Positions 29,901-37,840 of a DNA stretch of 64,000 bases are shown one piece after another (within the stretch, counting starts at the first letter, position 1; the number at the start of each line of letters is the position of its first letter). A model generated the notes under the pieces. The model was not told where the DNA came from and searched no databases. It worked only from the letters and a program-made list of their open reading frames with translations. The DNA is from a virus (taxonomy: Duplodnaviria > Caudoviricetes): the IMG/VR virus record IMGVR_UViG_3300032038_007781, positions 32,001 through 96,000 of that record; one strand, written 5' to 3'. A program made the position numbers and the translations under genes.

Positions 29901-32297
29901 TTGCCCTACATTAGGGTCAAAGTAATTTAATGTAAAGTTTTCATATTTCTGTTTTGTTTGGTCAGTTGTTAAATTAGTACTAAAGAATATATCTTTAGTG
30001 AAATTACTTAGAGAGCCATCTAAATAAACAATAGGCAATGACGTTTTTTGCTTATCTGCTAATGCAGCATAGCCAACATTTTCAAGATAAGTGTAGTCGT
30101 TATTTACCATTTTATACAATTCACTTCTTGCAATTGTACTGCCTTTATCAGGGTCTAACAAATAGTTTCTCTTTTTCCATTCATCATATGCCACAGGGTC
30201 TATTGAGTTATCATCAAGTCTTTTTGCTCTATCGTTATGTGAATTAACTACAACTTCAATATCATTCAAATATTTACTGAAAATACGTAAACCATAAATG
30301 TTAACGTCAGCGTTATTCCAAATTGTGCCATCAGGTGAAGCATTACAACCTAAATAGATTGTATTAGGTATACTTGTCCCGTAAGAGTTGGCCTCTTTAG
30401 CAGCATTGATAATACCATTAACATAGATTTTAGCCATACCTGTATTCACGTTCTGGCCATTTTCAACTAATGTTTTGTGTATATATACGAAGTCAACTGT
30501 GGTTAATGCATTTTGCTTAATGTTAACTTCCATTTTCTGCTGAATGCCATTAGCAGTAAAATACCAATAAACCTTTTCAAGGTCAATCTTTAAGCCTGAC
30601 TTAAATTCGTTGTTATTATCGTTTGTGCCCATAAAGAATATTGTTCTATTATTATATGGGTGATAATCACTCTTGAATGTTACTGATATAGTGAAGCCAT
30701 CGTTTGACAGCCATTTGCTAATGTCCTCACTTATGCTTACCGTAGCATAAGCTTCATTTGACAATCTTAAGAAAGAAGAAGAGCCTTTATCAGACATAAA
30801 GCCGTTCACTTCACCATTAATGCCATTGACATGCATAGTAACTTCTGAATTTATTAGATTCTCATCAGTACTACCAGCAGGTAAATAATTTGCAATTGAT
30901 GATTTAACAGAAGAAGCATCGGAATTAACATTACTGAACTCCTTGTTACCCCAAAAAGCATACATAGTATTGCCAACACTGCTATTAAGGCCTCTAATTG
31001 GCACTTGCGTTTTATATTCATTAGTGCTGGAAGCAATTACTTTGCAAGCGCCTGTAACAGTTTCAACAATAAGTCCGTCAGCAGACCAACATTTAACCTC
31101 AACTAACACTTCATTACCAATAAAGTCGTCGCCTAAGTCAGTAGTTATTGTTTTGACAGCGCCAATAGTTGTGAAAGGGTTTTTGTTATATTTAATTGCT
31201 TCGCCATTCTCATCAACTAAGTCAAAATAACCTGCAACTGGCTTACTAACACTTCCATTAGACAACTTAATTGCATAGTAAACTGAAGACACATTAGATG
31301 TGAAGAACGGAGTGAATCCAAATGATAAGTTACCGCTCGAACTAACTTGTTTTTTATTAACTTCATCAAGTTCTTCAAATTCTTCCTTAGTTGGTAAATC
31401 ACTAAGAGTGATAACAATTTTATCGGAGCCCTGAATCAATACACTAGCATTAATTTCTTCAGCATCAATATGGAGACCACTAGATGTTGTGACCTGACCA
31501 TTGATAGTAAGGTTATATCTACTACCTACTTTAACTGAAGCGGTATCAACCAATTTCTCAAAAAAGTTAAACTTAACAGTCTGAGTTGCCGTAGTATTAG
31601 AATTAAATGAGCTTACGGCAGAATTATTAGTTGTAGTGTTCTTGACGTTGATAGTTACCTCAGAATTCAAAATTTTATTAGTAACACTAACAATGATTTC
31701 ACTGTCGCTACCAATCTTAAATACATTATCTTTTTGTGTAGATAAGACAATAGAAGTTTCAGTAATATTTAATGTGTATGATTGAATACTCAGACCATTA
31801 GGGTCAATTGCATCAATAATAAAAGTGTGAGGAGCTACAGTTGAGTATTTTTCAATGTCACTAACGTCAACTTTAACTGTTGTATTTACCCTTACTTGTG
31901 CATAATTGCTATCTAAAGCATTACCGTCATAAGTACATCTATACTGAACATAGTCAGTAGCTGTACCTCCAGTAATTTTAAAATAGACTGTAAAATTCTT
32001 TGAATTAACATATAACTGATTATCAGTCATACCTCCGTTAGTTACTACGATGCCATAGTTACTAGCACTACCCGTGCCATATCCGCCGCCACCACCACCG
32101 TGTTCAGCCAGCCAGCTTACATTTCTCTGTAACTTTTCAATATCGCCACTAATCTGACTTAATGTGTGATTCAAAGTAACAGGTGTTCCTGACTCAGTAT
32201 AATTATTGTTTAATACAACAACATCATTATCAGAAGTAGGAGAAATAACCTCCCACTTACCTGATATGTTGTTATATTTTTTTGCATATATTGCCAT
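23973..32297 (-). CDS. giant virion-type protein: LamG-like, CotH-like kinase, LRR and BspA/DUF285-like repeats
   Basis: IQGTST...KN, FTLKADVVDS.HANN, GIYSFNLG, GMVDSLGKNM, WYPAFYDMDTALG (CotH-like); LxxLxxxxC repeats; xSxMFxxC repeats. Confidence 0.75.
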   Translation of the reverse strand: MAIYAKKYNNISGKWEVISPTSDNDVVVLNNNYTESGTPVTLNHTLSQISGDIEKLQRNVSWLAEHGGGGGGYGTGSASNYGIVVTNGGMTDNQLYVNSKNFTVYFKITGGTATDYVQYRCTYDGNALDSNYAQVRVNTTVKVDVSDIEKYSTVAPHTFIIDAIDPNGLSIQSYTLNITETSIVLSTQKDNVFKIGSDSEIIVSVTNKILNSEVTINVKNTTTNNSAVSSFNSNTTATQTVKFNFFEKLVDTASVKVGSRYNLTINGQVTTSSGLHIDAEEINASVLIQGSDKIVITLSDLPTKEEFEELDEVNKKQVSSSGNLSFGFTPFFTSNVSSVYYAIKLSNGSVSKPVAGYFDLVDENGEAIKYNKNPFTTIGAVKTITTDLGDDFIGNEVLVEVKCWSADGLIVETVTGACKVIASSTNEYKTQVPIRGLNSSVGNTMYAFWGNKEFSNVNSDASSVKSSIANYLPAGSTDENLINSEVTMHVNGINGEVNGFMSDKGSSSFLRLSNEAYATVSISEDISKWLSNDGFTISVTFKSDYHPYNNRTIFFMGTNDNNNEFKSGLKIDLEKVYWYFTANGIQQKMEVNIKQNALTTVDFVYIHKTLVENGQNVNTGMAKIYVNGIINAAKEANSYGTSIPNTIYLGCNASPDGTIWNNADVNIYGLRIFSKYLNDIEVVVNSHNDRAKRLDDNSIDPVAYDEWKKRNYLLDPDKGSTIARSELYKMVNNDYTYLENVGYAALADKQKTSLPIVYLDGSLSNFTKDIFFSTNLTTDQTKQKYENFTLNYFDPNVGQNGKEVQADTIGVSIQGTSTTTLRSKNLELYFMKTLANGRLEMFQPKDTWFPESEFTLKADVVDSAHANNATLGKWINEYGAKSVLEDNPAMIAARENKPRDVDENGNDYGVQSTLPDVKHTLEGFPVILLMRFPGESSPTFLGIYSFNLGRYSYFNMGFNFLKSYSRRKKNAADEYNDESTPALVDAYVPYERTETIKYNNGQNQINLSDVYSFEFGSDADDNTEEHSTWSQDNLTVLEHLGEFKYNGGSDDHSSQPPSGTDPWLKLRDLFAQTARIPEPSTSKIYTYDSSSKTFKTNGEVYAETNEVETFVDKLSIKNAYGYFVIAMAFGMVDSLGKNMTLRTWGNGKWYPAFYDMDTALGLTNAGEESVPSTVYIDSFENSTKTDEPNIMAVKRNSQQAHGYGAYNSKLWNILRATSDERGNKSFWATHCESVWNGGFYGEFWRLLRDGSIKNDGTTNGPLSSPDSFISIFTDQTSDVGEMLYNDDFNVKYLTKYQTASGNYTYGNIEMLHGTRIEYIRSWLKDRFYFLDGVLNVSSPVNDRYPYYVRGYITCGGPEGGGYPNFIISTTSPTIFTAEIGQNGEVNKWFIPAYTDTKIILPQLSSDSKRIGINSTTIITKLDGLKDNRFEKFESMELPSLSEIDLDSVTTLSKDTPVDFSTTFINKIDGKRLSDVRKINLSNSKGSTNFPVTLSDQSSSSEGFNYWKINTIDISHSCVSSLVLSSSPLSVLNVSDSDISNLTIESQPYLTDEDFNFKQCDSLEKLYIRNCRGLKTSLEINAMNILNTLEVSNCAEIQSIVASGNTQLTSVTISSCSELTSLNLGKCTNENLQISIIDCPKLKTVILSGLRTKKPIIMPAADMVKSIQTLNLENSVGLDGFKFGETANVLQYNQENVLDLSAFASLTSTGLKMHNTSSVKYVKFANVEGSPFSLGSNFFNGCTSLKRVFGNIKLAGTAIFNGCVNFSIHDLPTGEIEIPTARQFDKSNENNNGFVTNIQIGVTSLNSMFANTQCNLHDVYYILQKCDSEGNGNKIDVTDITNMFYNVKTIKTDTESNSLKAEAFSHCGKVTNISGLFYYCGLRTRIPSPILDSNGNVTNNGMFQYMPNLTWFNSAFDGCTVYADDNLFHSTKDGKNLSINSIIYFNPIFVKNSNSTEIGNIGWANAGKLFKYMPYLNNIDHSFNNSRIYFSHVDTNLVINNTRIYSTDIFYNTPNLTNINASFTNLTACGYIRNIFGGYSSTRSMPGHFSSKITAVTSSFSVSTISGDTTVPEDERNIASVYIGDSFLAKISNSIKYLGTSSKDGTSSSAPIFSGKFNKYVDTVDVDNATIFPSKVLRKCTNLIEAPGFFSNMKRPTGAQNIELTLPYYTENGEMVSMFADSISLSNFAYGFYHLQIPFTLKGFGFTNATKLKNVASLFEYTELKGQVPYGLFYREVTNSYPTMKGLTYDDAIKKGIENAKYGVQNLVINASTNKVIVEFDKDNKIIKGKSEPFSSGGTIYYMDDYGELCPSTIGDNETTTWTDSKGELHTGSTKDVKNPVKSSDSDIYTFNGSYKTYIKNITSMNSIFKDITTENLHAYALNLNADDLTIENYSSGGCSNVIEDNPDYNPIFVVPNDSFNPVLYIHNSIDGTTTLNPNYDPRRVKENSAYNKYRKIWNKWVNDGTATLYNAIVGSEIYKKIGTNDDIGISEDLPNDILNTSPTSETTLLPIDDLFSEQNDRQKVRNYLVAGDLFRYCTNNASIHSAFQGSGGANIDSDNGLGWPNTLKKGFYGSIPPFFFDNVRNTTSLANMFLGVKGLTPYNWAQKNSVLGNMFPPNLLNGMSSLTDVSHMFEGCYIYPYEQIPDTFFATNTKLRELSYLFSDCKFADTKNAQVPSNLFAKCSDIQNVSYMFYRHENWSYRAPYIMSSNLFTPEKNPAIRDVRYFMYYAGNTSGTVPEFWNKAFRNMTYYTGAYRNISSTQITNYSSITNELK

Positions 32298-32322
32298 AAA
32301 TTATTGCAATTTGTAAAAAAAA

Positions 32323-35300
32323 TTATTTATTAATTTCTAAAACCAAACTTAAACTCTCAGAACCATCCTTGAATCCGTTCCTTTCTGAAATTTGGCTTTG
32401 ATTATTTTTAATTGGCTCACCGTTAATTTGGATGTTATATTTACCCTTATTATCGAAGATACCGATAAGCTTTCTTACATTGCCTGTAATCTTGTCATTA
32501 GTGATAGACCAAATCGTAAAGAATGGTGCTCTCTGACCAGTATTAACCACAGTGCCTTCACTTGTAGCGCCAAAGTAACCTCTCAGCCAAGGGATATGTG
32601 GAGAAGGTAATTCTTTGTTTGATGTATGTTTATAGCCACTTGACTGGGACATGGCATAAACAGGTGCAGTAATCTTATTAACAAGTTCAAAGTTACAAAT
32701 GTGTGCTTCAAGAGCTACTTCACTTTTTATATTTCCGTCTTGGCCAACCCAAGTGTTAGGATATTTTCTACCACTAAGTTCACCTGAATTAATAGTAGTC
32801 AAACTAGTGGCATTATCAAATTCTTTCAATAAAGTACTATCAACTTGAATAGTTGGATTCATACTATCATCAGTCTCAATTAATGGGTAACTAATTGCTT
32901 GTGTGTGTTTGTGGCCTCCCAGTACAAGACGAATACCATTGGTTTGACAGAACTTACTAAACCAATAAGCATTACCTGTAGTTGTTACTGTGTTCAAGTG
33001 ACTACCACCACGTACTGAAGAAGTATTAAATTGATTACCTTTTTCTTTAGTTGAATCATATCTTGCATTCACAACTGCTTGCGTAATAATAGTAAAAGGC
33101 ATTTCGTGGCAATAAGCAATTTTCCAAATAGCATTTTTATTTTTAGATATATCATTTTCGCACCATTCTTTAACCTTTTCATAAATTTCACCCTTATTGT
33201 TAGGTAAGCCATAAACTTGCTTTTCAGTTTCCTCAGTGATTTCAGAATTTACGCACATAAAGTGAATGTTACCGTAGTTGAATGAATAAAGAGAAGGTAC
33301 GTAAACAGTTTTACCACCTACTTCAAATCGTGGAGGATTATTAATATCCATCTCATTGCAATAGAAGAAGTCAATATTAACTGCATTCAACTTAGAAGCA
33401 TCGCCACCATTACCCAACTCATATTCAACTGCAGGGCAAAGGTCATTGTTACCTACAGTTACCACCTCTTCAATGTCTTTAAGGCTATTCTTAGCATTGT
33501 AGTAGTCAATCCATTCATTAGCCCTATTGCCATTTTGAGTTAAGTCACCTGTGTTAAGCATAAACTGAACATCTGCATGCTTACTCTTAATCCAATCAGC
33601 AGTATATCTCCATACTTCATATTCGTCCCAATTGAAACCTTGTTGGTCACTTGTCTGTACAAAGGTGAAAGTAGAAACGTCATTGTTAGACCTCACAACA
33701 AATTTATTAAGACCAATGCAAGCGTGCACGTTAGGTGTACCATCATCATTTGCCTTACCTACATAATATTCATACGTACCAGCAGTTAAGCCCCTAACAA
33801 TCAATTTATGCGTAGTGAATACTTGCCCATTTGTAGCTTCATGTTGTTTTCTATAGTAATATTGAGCCAAGTCAGCACTTTCATAACTATTATTAGCGTT
33901 ATGGTTAGAATCTGTCACTGATTCTAATTTTGTGAAGCTTGTCTCTCCTTGTTTTCTATAGAACAAATACTCATTTGCATAACCTTCAGAAACCCAGTTA
34001 AAGCATCTTGTAGCACCTGAACCGTTATCAGTCGCTTGAATACCAAAAGATACGTTAACCATTGTAGGTTTAGTTTCATCAAAAGCAGATTTATTATAGA
34101 ATAATGTTTTCTTATCAGTAACTGCCCCAGGTACTTCTTTAAGTTTATATGGAATAACATTGTCTTTTCTTAAATCAATAAAATACCAGTCAGTGGAATT
34201 ATTACGCTTATTAAGTGCTTTAGTAGCTTGGCTTACTTTATCCATACTGTAATACTTTCTCATAATAACATCTGAAAAGTTATTAAAGTCACTTGTTAAC
34301 TTATAGGCACTCTTCTCATAAACTCCAATATCACCAAAACCAACTAAGTCAATATAGCCATATAAAACTTTAATTGGACTGCTACTTCCTTGATATGGGT
34401 TAGTTGTAGGTGCATTTTCATCATAACTCAAATAGAAAGCTCCTTTATCATTTGCGAATGAAATTAACTTATCTCCATCAACCCATTCCATATCGTAATT
34501 CCTAACCTTAATTAAAGTTGTGTCAGATTCCATTACTGAACACTGAGAGCCCCTAATTGTGAAAGTACTTTCCTTCTTAATTTCTCCCCAAAGAGCGAGT
34601 TTATCCCAAACTCTACCATCACTTGAATAGTATAGATATAATCCATTCAAATTAATATTACTATCAGTTAAGTTAGACAACTCAACATAGTTGTGTGAGC
34701 AATATTTGTAGTCATGCTCGTTAGAATCATTACCTCCACAGAAGAATGAATTGATATACAATTTAGGTAAAAATAAGTCAGTAACTAAATCGCCTGACTT
34801 TCCTTCAGCCTTGCCTGTAGGTGCTGCGATTGGCGTGTCTAATGAAGCATTGTAAATTTTAAGTTCGCCATCATCAGACATCTTAGCATTGTATTTGTTG
34901 CCATTTGTACTGACAAAAGTCATGCTTGATACACCACCAGATATTGTCTTAATTTCGTCCATAATTTCTTTGTTATCATTGTCATCTGTATTACCGCTAT
35001 CGGTATTATTATTGCTAGTTCCGTTAAGGCGAACTAATTTTCCTTTACTTGTTTTCATATACAAGCCATTGTTAGATTCGCAGAAAATCATTTCGTGAAC
35101 CAAAATATCACTAATATGTTCTTTAATTTGGTCTTCATTTTCTGCTGATTTAATCAACAAGTGTTTCAAATTAGGTGTTTGGTATTCTTCATATGAAGGT
35201 TTAATTTGACTTGTATATTCGTGGTTGCAAACTGTGTAACACCACAAATAAGTTGTATTGCTTTCTAAAGCATGTGGTATTTCAGTTGACCACAAATCAC

Positions 35301-36117
35301 TATTTTTTTCAGGTGTTGCACTATCTTCATCTTCAGAAGCATAATAATAGTCAGTGATGCTTGAAATTTCAGTAGAACCACTATCAAAAGTAGAAATCAA
35401 AGTAGGTTTTACTGTAACATTCTCACCGCCATTAACACTTAGAACCTTATAGTTCCATAAGTAAGGTTTATCAACGCTGTAGCTGACCTCTTTGTAATTC
35501 TCATTCCAGCCATTTTCTTGGTTAATAGTTAAATCAGACGCAACATTAGAAGATATATAATAGTTAATTACACTTGTAACATTTTTCTTAGCAGTGTAGC
35601 TTGCTATTATCTTTGGTGTTGTGCCTGCAATCAAGTCAGGTATTTGTGCTTGAGCACTGTCCATATCGTTAAGACGTTCACTATTTTCAATAGTGCCACT
35701 ATCCATTACATGTTCAAAAGCGTATTCATGCTTTTGAACTAACCTTGTTAATTCTGCAATCGCTGAGTATATACTTCTGATGTCAGTATAAACAGTAGCT
35801 TCATCATTAACCAACTTTTCTTTAGCACCATCAGTTACTTGTGGCTGAAGCCAAAGAACTGTCTTGTCATCAGGCTCAGTTTCTGATTGGACTATTTCGT
35901 TTGTTAAAGTAGTGAAAGAACGTGTGTTACCACTAACATATGCAGTGGCTAAAAGTGATTTGACATTCCCTTCTTCGTAATAACGAGCAAGAAAAGGTTC
36001 ACCGTCCTTAATAGCATCATCATTAATCGCAACATCTTTTAAAAACGTTAAAGCACTTTCTTTATTTTTGAAAATTTTGCTCTTACTGTTTCTGTAAAGT
36101 TGTGTTTTAATTGCCAT
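32323..36117 (-). CDS. virion-type protein with lamin-tail domain and purple-acid-phosphatase-like metallophosphoesterase
   Basis: YLW repeats; YVELSNLTDSNINLNGLYLYY (LTD); SDQQG, TGDLTQNG, VGNND, CHEMPF, GGHKH (calcineurin-like motifs). Confidence 0.8.
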   Translation of the reverse strand: MAIKTQLYRNSKSKIFKNKESALTFLKDVAINDDAIKDGEPFLARYYEEGNVKSLLATAYVSGNTRSFTTLTNEIVQSETEPDDKTVLWLQPQVTDGAKEKLVNDEATVYTDIRSIYSAIAELTRLVQKHEYAFEHVMDSGTIENSERLNDMDSAQAQIPDLIAGTTPKIIASYTAKKNVTSVINYYISSNVASDLTINQENGWNENYKEVSYSVDKPYLWNYKVLSVNGGENVTVKPTLISTFDSGSTEISSITDYYYASEDEDSATPEKNSDLWSTEIPHALESNTTYLWCYTVCNHEYTSQIKPSYEEYQTPNLKHLLIKSAENEDQIKEHISDILVHEMIFCESNNGLYMKTSKGKLVRLNGTSNNNTDSGNTDDNDNKEIMDEIKTISGGVSSMTFVSTNGNKYNAKMSDDGELKIYNASLDTPIAAPTGKAEGKSGDLVTDLFLPKLYINSFFCGGNDSNEHDYKYCSHNYVELSNLTDSNINLNGLYLYYSSDGRVWDKLALWGEIKKESTFTIRGSQCSVMESDTTLIKVRNYDMEWVDGDKLISFANDKGAFYLSYDENAPTTNPYQGSSSPIKVLYGYIDLVGFGDIGVYEKSAYKLTSDFNNFSDVIMRKYYSMDKVSQATKALNKRNNSTDWYFIDLRKDNVIPYKLKEVPGAVTDKKTLFYNKSAFDETKPTMVNVSFGIQATDNGSGATRCFNWVSEGYANEYLFYRKQGETSFTKLESVTDSNHNANNSYESADLAQYYYRKQHEATNGQVFTTHKLIVRGLTAGTYEYYVGKANDDGTPNVHACIGLNKFVVRSNNDVSTFTFVQTSDQQGFNWDEYEVWRYTADWIKSKHADVQFMLNTGDLTQNGNRANEWIDYYNAKNSLKDIEEVVTVGNNDLCPAVEYELGNGGDASKLNAVNIDFFYCNEMDINNPPRFEVGGKTVYVPSLYSFNYGNIHFMCVNSEITEETEKQVYGLPNNKGEIYEKVKEWCENDISKNKNAIWKIAYCHEMPFTIITQAVVNARYDSTKEKGNQFNTSSVRGGSHLNTVTTTGNAYWFSKFCQTNGIRLVLGGHKHTQAISYPLIETDDSMNPTIQVDSTLLKEFDNATSLTTINSGELSGRKYPNTWVGQDGNIKSEVALEAHICNFELVNKITAPVYAMSQSSGYKHTSNKELPSPHIPWLRGYFGATSEGTVVNTGQRAPFFTIWSITNDKITGNVRKLIGIFDNKGKYNIQINGEPIKNNQSQISERNGFKDGSESLSLVLEINK

Positions 36118-36180
36118 AATTAATTACTCTTATTTAATAATAAATATTATTTAATTCAGATAATTAACCTTGAATAAATA

Positions 36181-36213
36181 AAAAAAGAAGGATTCATTTA
36201 AGAACCCTTCTTT
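36181..36213 (-). terminator. terminator, copy 1 of a duplicated 33-bp element
   Basis: AAAAAAGAAGGATTCATTTAAGAACCCTTCTTT; 29/33 identical to 37781-37813. Confidence 0.7.
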
Positions 36214-37724
36214 TATACTATTTTTTTCCATACATATTTAAATAATCCACAATCATATATTCGATAAGCACCTATTGCATGACACATTTCGCTTTCAGAC
36301 ATAGTAAGTGGCAAACCATATTTTTTATTTAATATTTGTTTCCTAAAACCAAATTTGTGCATTCTATTAATACCAAATTCTTTAGGGTAGTAATATCTAT
36401 AGTCAGGAGGTAAAATATCATCTAATTTAAAACCTAATTGAACATATATATTGTTTTCTTTTCTTAAAGTCCATCTTCTATCTGCAAATGATTTTACATT
36501 TAATGGGTTATAAGTTCTTACGAAATATTTAAATAACTTACCGCCAACGCCATTACAAATATAATTATTGATGGAAGCAAATCTTGTTAAATTCCATTGT
36601 TTTTCTTTTTCTTTTAAAAATGTCATTACACCTACAAGTAAATTATTATAAAAACAACCAAGATAAATAGTGGAATTAACAAACCCTTGTATATGATTTT
36701 TATTAAGAAATATTTCAGCAGACTCTTTATCAATTTCCCTTATAACACATTTTCTTGCCATTATTTTCGGCAAATCAGTTTCGCATTTTAAAATGTGCTT
36801 TATCTTTTGGAGAACTAAATTTTTATTATTAATATATTCATCTTCAAATATATTAATAAGAGCAATGCCATGCTCGTTACATTTATTTAATTTATTTAAA
36901 TGATAAAATTTATCATCTTTATACATTTCAGAATGCCACCTAATGCCATTATATTCTATTGCTATTTGAAGGGATGGTATGTAAATATCTAATTCAAGTC
37001 CTTTTAAAATAATTCTATCATTTTTATGTACGTTTTCTTTGCCAATAATATTGCAAACGAATTCATATATTTCATTTTCAGCTTGTGACTCTATTTTAGC
37101 ACATTTAGGACATCCTTGTTTTTGGTTTAAATGTGCATCTGGTGTCATTAAAAATTCACCATGTTCTTTACCATTACTATCTTTTTCATGGCATATTATA
37201 CTAACATATTCTTTAGCGCCTTTATATACTGATTTGCTATAATCATATTTGTCATTATGAACTAAAAATGACTGCTCTTTAAAAAAGTTAGCATCTTTTG
37301 TTAAAGATTTACGTATTTTATCTTTTTTACATTCATTGCATCCTTCCCCACACAAATGCTTATTTGGACTTATTAAAAAATCACCATGCAGTGGGCATGT
37401 AACAATTACTTTTTCTTTACTTTTTAAATATTCTGTTTTAGAATAATCATAAAAATCATTATGTATTTCTTTAGCTTTTTCTATAAATGTTTCAGTGGTA
37501 TATGTTCGTTTTTTAGCTCGTTTAATTACGCCACATTTAGGGCAACCCCTTCCTTTTAAATGCTTTTCTGGTGTTTGCAAAAATTCACCATGCATTGGAC
37601 AAATTATAGTTATTGGTTCACTACTTTTATTGAAAATTGCTTTGGAATAGTCATAAAAATCATTATGAATTTCTTTAGCTTTTTCTATAAAATCTTTAGT
37701 ACAGGCTATTCTTTTTTTTGACAT
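36213..37724 (-). CDS. Hef-like free-standing homing endonuclease with DUF723-type Zn-ribbon repeats
   Basis: Three FIEKAKxxH..YDYS..IxCxxHGEF..H..GCxxC repeats; ELDIYIP..IAIEYNG.RWH; ARKC, NHIQG, LTRFAS, SFADRRW, IYDCG. Confidence 0.85.
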   Translation of the reverse strand: MSKKRIACTKDFIEKAKEIHNDFYDYSKAIFNKSSEPITIICPMHGEFLQTPEKHLKGRGCPKCGVIKRAKKRTYTTETFIEKAKEIHNDFYDYSKTEYLKSKEKVIVTCPLHGDFLISPNKHLCGEGCNECKKDKIRKSLTKDANFFKEQSFLVHNDKYDYSKSVYKGAKEYVSIICHEKDSNGKEHGEFLMTPDAHLNQKQGCPKCAKIESQAENEIYEFVCNIIGKENVHKNDRIILKGLELDIYIPSLQIAIEYNGIRWHSEMYKDDKFYHLNKLNKCNEHGIALINIFEDEYINNKNLVLQKIKHILKCETDLPKIMARKCVIREIDKESAEIFLNKNHIQGFVNSTIYLGCFYNNLLVGVMTFLKEKEKQWNLTRFASINNYICNGVGGKLFKYFVRTYNPLNVKSFADRRWTLRKENNIYVQLGFKLDDILPPDYRYYYPKEFGINRMHKFGFRKQILNKKYGLPLTMSESEMCHAIGAYRIYDCGLFKYVWKKIV

Positions 37725-37751
37725 TTATTTTTAAATTAACGCATATTTAAA

Positions 37752-37782
37752 CAAATATATAATAAAATAATAAAAAAACAAA
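37752..37782 (-). promoter_or_regulatory. Bacteroidetes-type promoter of the endonuclease gene
   Basis: TTTG-N19-TATATTTG on the minus strand. Confidence 0.65.
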
Positions 37783-37813
37783 AAAAGAAGAGCTCAATTA
37801 AGAACCCTTCTTT
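37781..37813 (-). terminator. terminator after major capsid gene, copy 2
   Basis: AAAAAAGAAGAGCTCAATTAAGAACCCTTCTTT. Confidence 0.7.
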
Positions 37814-37840
37814 CATATAAAGCATAATCTAAATAGATTA

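Noticed and set aside
19898-36117. Diversity-generating retroelement or invertible fibre cassette
   Set aside because: No reverse transcriptase, no TR/VR pair with adenine-only mismatches and no invertase seen in the window.
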